A stretch of 64,000 nucleotides of DNA, taken from the NCBI GenBank assembly GCA_028534125.1, contig CM052816.1:124001-188000 (forward strand). Direction: 5' to 3'. Source of the DNA: Lama glama (lineage: Eukaryota). The stretch's first letter is position 1. Every line of letters starts with the position of its first letter. The translations under genes and the position numbers were made by a program. Positions 13,928-25,970 of this stretch are shown here, one piece after another. Below the pieces are notes generated by a model. The model did no database searches, was not told the origin of the DNA, and saw nothing but the letters and a program-made list of their open reading frames with translations.

Positions 13928-15089
13928 TAGTGTTTCCATTTGTTTCTGTTCTGTTACACAAGGCCGTTAAATAAATACATTCTCCAAGTCACTCGAGTAC
14001 ACATCTACTCGCTATACAGATGAGGTAGAGAAATTTATAGGCTCACATGAGGCTCTGAACGTTAAGTCCAGAGTCCCCGTGTGTGAATGCCCCTCTCCTC
14101 CCGCCCGCCGGGACCTGGCCCACCAAGCTCCGAGTCACGTCTGTGCACGCTGGGCAGAGAGCAGGTGGCCGGGACCGGCCTGGCCCTCAGCGTGGCTCTG
14201 CCCTGCGGCCCCCGCGCTGGGGTTGCGGGGGGTCTGAACCCCACCACAGAACGTGTGTTCTCTTAGACATCCTCTGCTGAACAGAAGAGAAGCATGTTAA
14301 AAAGAGGCTCCATCAGCGGGAGTTGCTTCTTCGCTTAGCAAGACATTCTGATATATATTTACGTATAAACAAATCAGCCAGCAGACGTTTTCAATCTGCC
14401 TTGTTAAAAAAAAATACTTTTCTTAATATTTATGTCATAGAGTTAAATGTGGTATTTGATTTAAAAAAAAAAAAAAAGAACCCTTCCTTTGACTTGCCGC
14501 CTTTCCAGACCCAGTAGTGACCGAGCTGCAGTCTTGTCATGGAAGCATGGCCAGCTCCGCGTGCTCCGGGGCCCCAGCGAGTGGGGGTGCTTGGAACAAC
14601 TGAGATGCACCCTAGCCTGTCGCCACCCTCCCCAGCCAAGCGTGAAGGGAGCACGCCCTGGCTACCTCCCAAGGGACATGCCTCGGCTGCACAGCTCTGG
14701 CAGCATGCAGGCGCTCAGGGGCTGTTCTCTGAACCACAGGAGAATAAACTTTACTATTTACACTATAAAACAGGGACAAAGAGACCCACATCCACATAAA
14801 TAGGTTTTCTTTGCAAAACAGTCCCTAAGGTCCCCAAGGCCTCCCTGGACTCTGAGGAACCCCCTCACTCAGTAGTTCCCTCCTCCACGCTGCCACCCAG
14901 CTCTGGGCTTTCCCAGACCCCGGTCCACACCCGCTCAGAGCAAAGCCATGGAGCTGAGCAGGATGGGCCTAGGGCTGAGAACCCTACCAACAGGGGGAGA
15001 AGAGCCCCACGCCTAGGAAGGGCACAGGGCAGGAGCCACACCCCAGCCAACCACTGACCACGCCAACATGGTACGCATAAGCCCCCACA

Positions 15090-15436
15090 TCGCACACGTG
15101 CACACATGTGCTCACGAACATGCATGCATGCACACACATCACAGATGCTCACACATGCACACAGACACTGCACACACGAACGTGGTTGCACACATGCGTG
15201 CATCGACGCATGTGCACGCACACCCACGTGCAGCTATGCTCACGCATTCTCATGCATGAATACACACCACGTGCTCATACACAAGCATGCATACACACCC
15301 ATGCACACACACACATCACACACTCACCCACGTGCACTCATGCATGCACGCTTATGCATTCACACAAACATGCTCATGCACATACACGCCACATACTCAT
15401 GCATGCAGTCACGCACACGTGTGTGCACACACACTC
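15090..15436. repeat. Degenerate (CA/TG)-rich alternating purine-pyrimidine tract in the WNT9A 3'UTR
   Basis: cacacatgcacaca-type low-complexity sequence. Confidence 0.9.
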
Positions 15437-16496
15437 AAACCAAATCAGGTCAGTGCTGGCCATCCTTTTCCCTCCCCTGCAACAAAAACCCAGCATGGCC
15501 AAGGAGAACAGCCTTCCATCTGCCAAATCATATTCCCCAGACTCTCTTGGCTCATGTCTGTCCCCATCCCAGCTCCCTCACAGTGACAGAGAGCAAGCTG
15601 TGCATTCTTCATGACATGAACCCTCCAAGGGGCTGGCCCTGCCCCTTCTGCCTCTGCTCACTCCTGTGGGAGAACAGGTCACCTTCTGCCATCCCCAGGA
15701 TCTGCGCTGAGGAGTCTGAAGTGCGGCGCCATGTGCCCACAGGGTGCGGAGCAAGGCCCGCCCACTTCCCAGGCCAGCCTCACTGCGGGTAGCTGACACG
15801 AACCATGGGACCTGGATTCCAGAAACCCTAAAGGTGGTGGCCAGACACAGCTTGCTTCACTTCTTTATAAACAACAACGACCATGTCTCTCTTGATTTAG
15901 TGGTTTCAAACGACAAAGCAGATCAGGCAAACAGGTTCGGAGGGGGCGCGGAGGGGAGGGAGAAAGGGGTCCCCCAAGACGAGGCTCTGCCGAGAGGAGC
16001 AGAAGCCACGGCCTGAGAGACTGCAGGGACGGAGAAAATAATAATTATATATTAGTTAAATAAAAATAACTTAAAAGTCACTGATATCACTCCAAAGAGA
16101 AGTACTCGGTGTCAGAGGGGGCCAGCAGTATACCTCCCGCACCCGGGCGGCTGGGCACCTGCTTTCTCTCCTAGTGGTTTGCTCTCTAAGCCAGTGCTGG
16201 TGCGGGACAGCCCTCAGGCAGCCCACGCAGAGGCCACGTGGTCACAAAGGCGTGCCCGCTGCTCCTCAGAGGGCACCCAGGACGGGAGGGGTACCGCACT
16301 GCGGGAACTGGTGACTTAGGGGGACACAGCTTGGAAAGCATCTGTGCAAAGCTCTCAGGTCACAGGGAGGGACAAGCAGAAAGGATGCGAAGGTCAGACT
16401 GGGCCTTTGGGATGAGGAGACAGAGGGTCAGAGATGGCCAACCCAGCCAGCCCCTAGGCCTCTGCCCCGCCTTAAACCCAGATGTGCTGGGGGCAT

Positions 16497-16873
16497 CCAG
16501 GCCAGGGGCTCAACCCCTGTAGGTGGACGCCCCTCACACTGCACACACACTGCTGCACCCTAACAACAGCCTGGCCAGGCCCGGGGGCTCAGCCCCTGCA
16601 GGTGGACGCCCCTCACATTGCACACACTGCCTGCACCCCTGCGACAGCCTGGCCAGGCCCGGGGGCTCAGCCCCTGCAGGTGTAGACCTCCTCGCGCTGG
16701 GTGCACTGCCTGCACCCCTGCTGCAGCCTGGCCAGGCCCCGGGGCTCAGCCCTTGCAGGTGTAGACCTCCTCGCGCTGGGTGCACTGCCTGCACCCCTGC
16801 CGCAGCCTGGCCAGGCCCCGGGGCTCAGCCCTTGCAGGTGTAGACCTCCTCGCGCTGGGTGCACTGCCTGCAC
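16497..16873 (-). repeat. 78-79 bp tandem repeat (5 copies) derived from the WNT9A CDS end, stop codon and first 3'UTR bases
   Basis: Stop-equivalent TCA on plus strand at 16825, 16746, 16667, 16589 and 16510; three near-identical and two diverged copies. Confidence 0.95.
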
Positions 16874-17307
16874 TCCACATAGCAGCACCAGCGCACCTGG
16901 CACTGGCAGGGCCGGGTCACCACTCGGCTCTGTGTGTTGTGGCCGCGCCCGCAGCAGATGCTCTCACAGTTCTTCTCGCGGTGGCACCTCCGGCCAGCAG
17001 TGCCCGGGGAGAAGCGGCCGGCCAGGCAGAAGCTGGGTGAGTCATCCAGGTGCACTAGCTCCGGGGTGCGGGGTAGCGGGTCGCCGCCACCCGTCCCTGA
17101 GGCCCGGCCCCTTGGTGGCGAGATGGCGCCAGCCTCGCCGGTGGCCTCGTTGGTGGTGCTGCCCACCTTGAGCGCCGTCTCGTACTTGTGCTTCAGGCGC
17201 TTGCCCACCTCGTGGAAAGGCGCCAGCTGCCGCCAGCACGTCCTCACAGTGCACGAGCCTGACACGCCGTGGCACTTGCACGTGGTCTCCACCCCGGCCT
17301 TGATCAC
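16825..17307 (-). CDS. WNT9A: Wnt-9a coding exon 4 ([25 protein letters not shown]...[12 protein letters not shown])
   Basis: [10 protein letters not shown] lipidation motif, CCGRG and C-terminal Cys cluster; acceptor ccaccag|GTG; TGA at 16827-16825; exons sum to 95+257+263+483=1098 nt. Confidence 0.97.
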   Translation of the reverse strand: MIKAGVETTCKCHGVSGSCTVRTCWRQLAPFHEVGKRLKHKYETALKVGSTTNEATGEAGAISPPRGRASGTGGGDPLPRTPELVHLDDSPSFCLAGRFSPGTAGRRCHREKNCESICCGRGHNTQSRVVTRPCQCQVRWCCYVECRQCTQREEVYTCKG

Positions 17308-19504
17308 CTGGTGGGAGGGAGGGAGGCGGGCATGAGGGCAGACTCTGGGCAGACTGGAGACCAGTCCCCGAGGACAACCGTCCGAGGGGCTGGAACGGCC
17401 ACTCACCCCAGGGCCAGACCTCATGTGCCTCTAGACAGGGGCCAAGGCCAGGGGTCACCACTGCTCATCAATTCCCTGGCTCACACACCTGTCCCTCCCT
17501 CTCCAAGCCACAGTCAGCCCAGGACAGAAATCCCACAGGCAGTACCACACCTCCAGCGTGGCCACTGCGGTAACCCAAACCCACCTCCTGCATCGTCAAG
17601 GCCCTCCCTTCCCATCCCTGCATCCAGGGCTGCCCTCTGCAAGGGCAGGGCACGTCACCACTCTGGCCCTGATGGCAACACCCTACCAGGACCTCATAGT
17701 CTGCTGTCAGCAGCTGCTTCCTTAAAAAGGTGAGGACAAGCAAGCTGGCTGGCCTGGTGGCAGAAATGGCCACCAGAATCTATGTCTGAGCTGACCCGTG
17801 TCCCTGCCTAAGCACAGAGACGAGATGCTACTACATGTGCAGGTGCTGCGGCCCCCACCCCGTCCAGCCCTGGTAAGAGTAACATGGAAGGACGGAGAAA
17901 GCCTCTGGAGAGGCCCAGATGGGAGGGGGCTACACCCACCCCCACATGCAGGCAGGAGCACGCACATCACGGCCCAGCACCGACACTCCACTCTAGGTCT
18001 GGGAAGCTGCCTGAGACCCAGGCTGGGTCCTTCCCCTCCCAGGACTTGGGTTCCCACCTGCAAAGCCGTGGAGTCAGGCCAGCTGCCCCATGGGGGCCTC
18101 CGGCCTGACTTCCCACATGGGGGTCCCTAGAGGGACATGGGGAAGAAGAATGGCAGAGGAAGGGGAGGTCCCTCTCCCAGTGGGCCCCAAGCCAGGCCTG
18201 AGCTCCCACACTGCCCCCAGGGAGAGTCGGCTCAAGGGGGATTAAGAAACATAGCTGCCCTCCAGCCAGGCAACAGAAGAGTCACATTTAATGATACTTT
18301 GCTGAGAAACCCGGACAAATTTAATTAAAATGCGGCTTACCCAGGCCCAGTGGAGCTAATGGAGCACTTTCATATTCTGACTTTTCATTAATAGCTTACA
18401 AAAGGGCAAGTGCAGAGGAAAAGAAAGGCCTCGCCTGGGGATTTAATCAGCCCGCACCCCTCCCCAGAGGGTGGAAGGAGGGGCAGAGCCCCCGTCGAAA
18501 AGGGGGAAATTGATTCTTTAATAAGTCTGCACCTCAGAACTCCAGCTTCTCAACAAAGAGGGGCTCAGAGTGGGGCTGGCATTAATTACCTCACCCCTCT
18601 TCTAGCCCTGGGGCTGAGGTTCCACATCCCACGGGGCTGCAGCAGGTCCCCCTCCCAGCCCCTGACGGTCCCACCGGCCAAGCTGAGCCTTGGAAGGCGT
18701 CTGATGGCCCATGTCATGCAGGGACTAAGAGGCTGGGGTGCTCTCTCTGCAGTGAGGGTGATGGAGCCCGATGCCCCCTCCAGTGGCGGGCAGGGTACCC
18801 CTGGCCCAGTCATGCTTGCCACCAGCAGCTCCCAGAACGGCCCAGCCAGAGAGCTGAAATGGTCCTTCTCACCTGGAGTCTTTTGTTTCAGTTTCCCTCG
18901 GAACAAAGTCCTGACCATGGACAAGGCCCCTGAGGTAGAAGCAGCCTCCCCAGCTGCGGCCAGCCACACCCCGAGCCCTTCCCTGGGAGCCCTGAGCCAC
19001 ACTTCTCCGGCTGCCGCCCAGCTGGGCCGCTGGTAACGGGGCTGCCCACCCCTCAGCCCTGGGAGGTAGGTAGGGCCCAGTCTGCTGACCCCCTGATTAT
19101 ATGCTGCCCAGCAGGGAGATCCTCCTCGTGGCCTTGACCACCCAGGACCAGACGCAGACCCACCTGCCTCCTCCCCAGCCTGCAGCAAGTAGGCCTTCTG
19201 GGTTCACACAACCATGAGAGACCATGGGGCGCCCCTCCACGGGGCACCACAGGGCACCCCATCACAAATAGCACCCCTGCCTATCTGGCAAAAAATGAGC
19301 CTTGTAAGCAGGAGGACTGGAGGCCCTGGCTGTCACCACGTGGCTGGAACAGAGACACAGAGGCAGCTGCCTCCACCTCCTCCCAGCCCCCCAGCCCTCT
19401 CCCCCACCAGTGCCCCTTCCGCAGCCCCTGTGCCCCACCCCTTACGCACATCCGGCCCCACCCTCCTCTCTGCCCTTTCCCACCCCGCGCCCCGCCCCGC
19501 TTGC

Positions 19505-19767
19505 CTTCACACCCACGAGGTTGTTGTGGAAGTCCACACGGGCTCGCAGATCCTTGCTCGACCGCCGGCCCAGGAACTCCTTGACGAACTTGCTGCTGTA
19601 CTTGAGGTTGTCCCCGCAGCCACCCCACTGCCAGGCCTCCCGGTTCTCCAGGTCAGGGGCCTCATCACAAGTGCAGCGCTCCATGCGGCCTGCACTGCAC
19701 GCCTTGGCCAGCGCATGCGTCAGGCCCGCAGAGGAGATGGCATACAGGAAGGCAGTCTCCTTGAAGC
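19505..19767 (-). CDS. WNT9A: Wnt-9a coding exon 3 ([15 protein letters not shown]...WQWGGCGDN...[11 protein letters not shown])
   Basis: Wnt motifs [20 protein letters not shown] and HNN; acceptor cccccag|GC; 263 nt; ends at non-canonical donor AAG|GCAAGC. Confidence 0.96.
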
Positions 19768-20544
19768 CTGGGGGAGCAGGGTTGGGAGGTGGGGTGTCAG
19801 AAGGCCAGAGCAGCCTCCATCCCATTCAGGTGCAGCCAAACCATCCCAAGCACACATTCCAGATAGAGCAGGATCCTCAGGGAAGAGGGTTTCTGGTGTG
19901 TTTCACACAGGAAGGGGCATACCTGCCGCGGCTGACATGCGCACCTGAGGGTAGGAGGCACGCTTTTGTGCCCTGAACATAGGCCTGGTCAGGGACGGGA
20001 GAGAACCCAGAGTGTACTGTAGCCACGGCTGTGTCCAGTGAACAGGGACCCCATCCATCTGGTTCTCCAACCTACTAGACGGGCCAGGGCCCCTCTCTGA
20101 GCCCTGCCATGCCCTGCGCCTCAGGTCTCCAGTTTTTAAATTAGGCTGTGAGGAGACTCAGATGAGAGTCCCTCTCAGCACCTTCATGTGGAAGCAGACA
20201 TGAGAGACGAGGCTCTGTGCTCAGGCCCGAGGCACCAGCTGGACCCGTGCTCCTGTGCCCAGGCCCTGGGCCTCAGCCACGTGCGTAGTGAGAGCCATCA
20301 GAGCTGCCCAGATGTGCCTTGCGCCACCAGCAACTGCTCCACACATGTGTGAGGCGGGACCGGGCACGGGGAGAGGGCGGGAGGGAAGGAATGGAACCAT
20401 GGGGAGGGGACAGGGGAGCAGTGGGGTCAAATGCCACCCGCAGTCCCAGTCCCGCGGAACTCAGCGGGCGTGACGCGGAGGGATGCACACCAGGGCTAGG
20501 CGGCCCTGCCTCCCCGCCCCTGCCCGGTGTCCCAGCGCACTCAC

Positions 20545-20801
20545 CGCGCTTGAGCAGGCTGGCCCGGTAGCGGCCCTCCAGGGTGCAGTTCCAGCGCTCA
20601 AAGCGGAACTGGTACTGGCACTCGAGGGCGCTCATGCTGACCGCCTCCACCAGCGTCTCGGCCACGCCCGGGTCCCGGCGGCACATGCGCCGCTGCTTGC
20701 GCTCCAGCTTCAGTCGGTCGCACGCCTTATAGTGCGCCTGCGCGGCTGCTTCCGGCTCCAGGGTCAGCGGGAGGATGGTCAAGGGCTCGCTGCCCGTCAG
20801 C
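20545..20801 (-). CDS. WNT9A: Wnt-9a coding exon 2 ([12 protein letters not shown]...[25 protein letters not shown])
   Basis: Wnt motif [13 protein letters not shown]; acceptor tgtgcccag|G; donor G|GTGAGT; 257 nt. Confidence 0.97.
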
Positions 20802-23800
20802 CTGGGCACAGAGAGGCCAGAGTGAGGCCGGCCCTCGGGGCAGGAGGCGGCGGGTGCTGGGCGAGGGCGCGGGCGCAGGCGCAAGGGAGGAGCCAGCCCA
20901 ACTGGAAGGCATGGTGAGAACTGAACGGGGGCCCCGGCGGCCCCATGTCGGGGGCACGAGGGGGCAGCAGGCCCAGGGGCAAGTACAGAAAAGCCACAGA
21001 GAACCTGGCAGGGGTGGGGTGGTGAGAAGGCCGTGGGACCCTTGCCCACCAGGATTCCTCTCTGCATCTGCCTGCCCCCATACCCAACTGGCCACTCCCA
21101 CACCCTGCCCTGCCAACTGCATGCCCTGGGTTCTCTCACTGCCTGCTGGGTGAGCGTGCCTCAAGCATCCACATGGCTACTGATGCCTCCCCAACAACTC
21201 CCTTCAGACAGGCATACCCCTGCCTCACTGCCTGGCTCTGATGATAGGGAAAGGGACAGATAGGAACCCCTCCCCCACACACACCCAGGAGGGCTGCCCA
21301 GTCCAGGGTGTTGGCCAAGGGCACAGACAACCAGGGCAGGGAGGGGACAGAGCAGCCCCAGGCCACACGAAGCGCACATCCACCACGACCCCATCACTCC
21401 CATGTCTGTTTACCCAGCTTGCTCCAGGGCCCCCCCCTGCCATCCCCAGCTAGGGGTGCCCCCGTCATGGCCCTGTGGTCCCCTGAGGAAGGCCTTGGCT
21501 CACCCCCTGTCCTCCTGCAGCCTGTGCAGATGGCCCCGATGGCGCCGATGGTGTCTCCTGGGACAACGGTACCAGAAAGGGCCTCCCAGGGAAGTGGGCT
21601 CCTGGTTCTTCTCCACCCCTTCTCTTGACTGAGCCAAGGCCCTGGCCTAGGTTGGTCGCCACTGTCTGGCCTGCCTGCCCCACTTCCTTATCACCTGCTC
21701 CATCCAGGGACTGACAGGCCCTGGCCTTCTTCCTGTTCTGGGCTCAGAACCAGGAGGTCTCAGTGTCCCTGACAGACAACTGCACATCTGGACTCCAGGC
21801 ACACCCATGCCCAGCCCCAGCCAGACCTTCAGCTCTCCATTGAGAAAGGTGTCCATCTGGACATGGGTGGGGCGCAGAGCCCACTGCAGCATCACTGGAA
21901 ACAAGCTCCTCCTACCCGCAAACCCAGCAAGCCCACAGCAGCCAGGGGTGCCAGGAGTCCACAGGTACTGGAGCCCCAAAATGTGCCCCATCTTCCTTCC
22001 AGAGCCTCCTCAGTGGCACGATGGCCACGGGGCTGACATGGAGCTGCAGCTTTCTGCAGGGGAAGGGATGCGGGCGGAGCCTTGGAGAAGCCCACCCTCT
22101 AGCAGACTCCAGCAGTAACGCTGCAGGTGGAGGCTTCTCTAGAGACACCCTGGGTACCATCTTCTGAAGCTGCATGCACACAAACCCCCAGCATGCTCTG
22201 CCCTGCCTGGGGAAGGGGGGGGCATTGCTACATCTACCCTGGCGAGGGTGGGACCTGTGCAGGGCAGCCCCCAGCCCCTGAATGAGCTGCACCCTGTCTC
22301 ACCCTCGCTGATCTTGTCCTCGCTGAGGACAAGAAAGCAAGGCGCTGAGGCTCAGGGACCAGGCTGACCAGAGACCCAGGCAGCAGCTGGGCAAGGAGGA
22401 ATGCCAGGGCAGACTGGGCAGGCCTAGGGTGCAGAGCAAAAAGGACCACCCCCCGCCCCTCCACACTCAGGTGCAGCGTGAGTGGCAGCTGGATAGAAGC
22501 AAGGCCACAGTGGGCACCCTGAGAAGATCCATGCCCTGTTCCCTAGGGGCTCAGAGCCAGGGCAGCAGCAGCAGGGTGTGCAGGAGCAGAGGCAGCAACA
22601 GCCCCCAGCCCTGAGACCAACGGTGTGGGAGAGCAGAGCCCACAGTGGAGTCCCCACCAGCTCAAGTCCATGCAGCCATCACTGCAGGGCCTGTGCCCCT
22701 CTCCCTAAGCGACACTCCGAACCAGGAGGGTCCCCGGGGGTGTGCTGGGAGGCCAGCATGGGCACAGACTAGAGGAGAAGTCCCAAAGGTCCCTTGTGGG
22801 TCACTGAGCGGTGGGGATGCAGAGGTCGCAAGGCCTGCGGGGAGAGGACACGTGTGCTTAGAGCCGAGATGATGAGCTGGAGAGGCCGTGGTGCATGCCA
22901 GGCCCAGGCCCTGGTTACCTGCACCCCTAACCTAGGGTTAGGACTTCATGCTTAAGGGCAGGGGCTGACACCGAGCAGCTTTATGGACTTGCAGGCCTCC
23001 TGCCTGAGGACAGCTGCTGAGCCGAGGCAGGGAGCGGGCAGGGGCCCGAGGACCCTGTGCTGGAGGCCGGAAGAGCTACGCTCCCCACACAAAGGCAGCT
23101 CACACGGTGGAGACTTGTCCCCAGACAGGAATGTCAACAGCTGTGCCCGGAACTGCGTGCCATGCAGCTGAAGCACCGTAGCCTCCAACCTGCACACCCC
23201 AAGACTGGATTCTCCAAGTTAATTGAGCTCCGGGCCAGTGCTGAAATATTCTGGCATCCAAGAGGGCCCCCTGCTGTGAGCCCATCCTGGGGGGACCTGG
23301 GGCCAGGCTGGAAAGGGCAGCTGTGGGTGTGGATGAGGGGGCTGGATGGCAGGTGATGCTGCCCCCCTCCCTGGCCTGCCTGGAGGCATCAGGGCCGCCT
23401 GTGTCCAAATTCTGCACATGGGGGCTGAGGACAGCCCCCCCCCAACTGAGGGCCAGCCTATGTCCACACTGCAGATGGGGAGCTAATCCGGGGTCCCCAC
23501 ACACCCAGATCCAGCCTGCATAGCTACAGGTACCTGCATTCCCACTTGCCTCAGCACGTCCACCCAGGGTTCAGAGGCAGCTCTGTAAGTGCAGCCACGG
23601 GCAAGCTGAGTCTGCCCTGATGCCAGGTGGGGTCTACCTCTGCTCTGGGCTAAGGGGTGTGGAGGAACAGTCAGCCCAAGTCCAGAAATGGCCAGCTGAC
23701 AGCCACGTGGCCCATGGCTGAGGCCTGAGGCCCAAGGGCCACAGGCCTTTCCCCTGAGCCATCGCACAGCTCCCACGGTAGGCATGAGGCTGGAACCCGA

Positions 23801-24838
23801 GGGGGGCCGGACCGCTCCACTTCCCTGGCATCTCTCATCCCAAGGTGACTCCTTCCCACATCTCTTTTACAAAGGCCCAGCTGTCCTCTGCCCCAAGCCC
23901 CTTTAACAGTCCAGGTGGGCTCAGTGCAGCCAAGCCGGGACTGAGGCCTGGGGTGCAGTGACAGAGGACAGACCCTCACGGAGGTGCCAGGAGGGGAGAC
24001 GATGCACAGGATACAGGGAACAGGGAGGGTATCAGGGGGGCCTGGGCTCGGTGGGGAAGGCCCCAGGGACAGGAGACAGGTCTGCCAGGACAGAAACCCT
24101 GACACAAGGAGAAACCCACAGAAGTATCGGAAAAAAGATGAGAGGTTCATAAAACATTTTCAGAATCAGGAAGGCTTTTATCAGAGTGACTCAGAATCCA
24201 GAATGCCTTAAATATTTTTAAAAACCGACTACCTAAAAGTGTAAGAATCTCTGCACAGCAAAAAGCAGCACAGAGTCAAAAGACTAACAGATCGAGGTCA
24301 GGGGAAATGCTGCAATTTGAATCCCAGGCCAAGGGCAGGCTTTCTTTGCTTGTGTGCGGGCGTGTGCATGTGGGCGCACGTGCACGTGTGTATGTCCATG
24401 TGTGGACGCAGGTGTATCTTTTCCTCTAGATCAATAACAAAAGAATCAGCTGTCAAGTGGACACAGGACACTAACACACAGTTCAAGGGAAGGAAATATA
24501 GCTGGCTGTTAAAACCTGATTTGCGTTTCACTCAAAAAAAGAACGCAAACTAAAACTATATTGATTAAGGTTAAGGTTATTTTTCATTCATCAGATGAGT
24601 GCAAGTCGGTGTCTGATAAGGTTGCTGTCAATGACACAGAGAAAGAGGTGTCCTCCATGGCTGGAATCTGGACTGACATATCCGTAAAAATTCCCCCACC
24701 ACTTCTCTTTCGAGAAATACAGACCACAGGTATATTCTCTTAAAATGAACAAGTATATGTCACTCACGTGTTACCCAATGCAACGCTGTCATACAATCAC
24801 ATGGAAGCACTGTTTGTTACTCAAAAAGACTGGAGATT

Positions 24839-25094
24839 CATAGAATACAGACTTGTGGTTGCCATGGGGGAGGCGGGTGGGAAGGATCAAGATTTGCAGA
24901 TACTGACTGATATATATAAAATAAACAAGTTTAAACTTTGTAGCACAGGGAAATATACTCAATTTCTTGTAGTATCTCATGGTGAAAAAGAATATGAAAA
25001 TGAATATATGTATGTTCACGTATGACTGAAGCATCGCGCTATACACCAGAAATTGACACAACATTGTAAACTGACTATAATTCAATATAGAAAA
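24839..25094 (+). mobile_element. 5'-truncated L1 3' end
   Basis: Same L1 3'UTR family; TSD aaaaagactgg(a/c)gatt at 24823-24838 and 25095-25110. Confidence 0.85.
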
Positions 25095-25790
25095 AAAAAG
25101 ACTGGCGATTGGCTGAATACACGGGGTCCATCTGAGCCACAGAGCTTTCAGAAGGCATCAGAAAAGCCAAAGCCCGGCTGCTGTGCACACTCAGTGCACA
25201 GACACAGCCCTCTCTCCGCAGAGAACCTACGTGCACATCTGTGGGTGCCAGGGCGACCCGGCACAGAGGTGGCCTGGGGTGGAGGAAACATGTTCTTCTC
25301 CCAATAGCCTGTGAGCCACTCACCCGTTGTCCCAGGTGCACGTGATCCATCAAAACAGCAAAGTTCAACATACAGCAAGCAGTGTGGGGGAGCCCCAAAC
25401 AGGCTCTTGGCCCTGTATGCCAGCCGGGAGCAGTGAGCCTCTGCCCGCACAGCCTGCCTCCGGCTGCCTGGCACAGCACAGTCCCCGCCAACGCCCAGCT
25501 GCCCATACCAGCGCATCTGCCACCGTGCCCAACACAGCTGCTGCTGACTCCCCCTCAACCCCCCCCCCTCCGGTGGATGCCTGATCTGAGACAGGCAGGC
25601 GGGTGCGCACACAAGCCTGCCCAGGACGTGAGCTGGCTGCCCATAGGGGGCATCCCCTCAGCAGGCAGGCAGGGAGCCCCCGCCCCTGCCTCACCTGACT
25701 GACCCCTCCCAGTGCTGGACCCACTTCTGGGAAGAAATGACAAGGAGACCTACGTGTCCGTCTGGCACTTTTTAACATTCATGTATTTTC

Positions 25791-25925
25791 TTTTATTTTT
25801 TTTGGCAGGGGGGGTGGGGGAGGAGGTAATTAGGTTTATTTATTTTTAGAGGAGGTACTTGGGATTGAACCCAGGACCTCGTGCATGCGAAGCATGTGCT
25901 CTACCACTTGAGCTACCCCCTCCCC
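25791..25925 (-). mobile_element. tRNA-derived SINE (Vic-1-like, camelid)
   Basis: Minus strand ggggagggggtagctcaagtggtagagc...ggttcaatccc (A and B boxes), then aaataaataaacctaattacctcc and A-rich tail; direct repeat ttcatgtattttc at 25778-25790 and 25930-25942. Confidence 0.85.
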
Positions 25926-25970
25926 ACTGTTCATGTATTTTCAAAAGATATAAATTTCTATCTATATCTG

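Larger units (their letters stand above)
13900..16824 (-). other. WNT9A: WNT9A 3'UTR (~2.9 kb, 3' end approximate)
   Basis: Follows the stop codon; AU-rich blocks near 14280-14480 and 16030-16090; AATAAA on minus strand at 13927-13922. Confidence 0.75.

Noticed and set aside
15106..15792. His/Thr-rich ORFs (also at 11441-11917)
   Set aside because: Translations of CA-rich simple repeats
16534..16827. Programmed stop-codon readthrough of WNT9A
   Set aside because: The frame is open, but the context is TGA-GCC rather than the TGA-CTAG readthrough motif; not supportable without Ribo-seq
16497..16873. CRISPR-like or separate WNT pseudogene interpretation of the repeat
   Set aside because: Head-to-tail units without unique spacers in a mammalian genome; a local tandem duplication
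25850..25925. tRNA-Ala-like gene (also at 45975-46047)
   Set aside because: Followed by a SINE body, A-rich tail and target-site duplication
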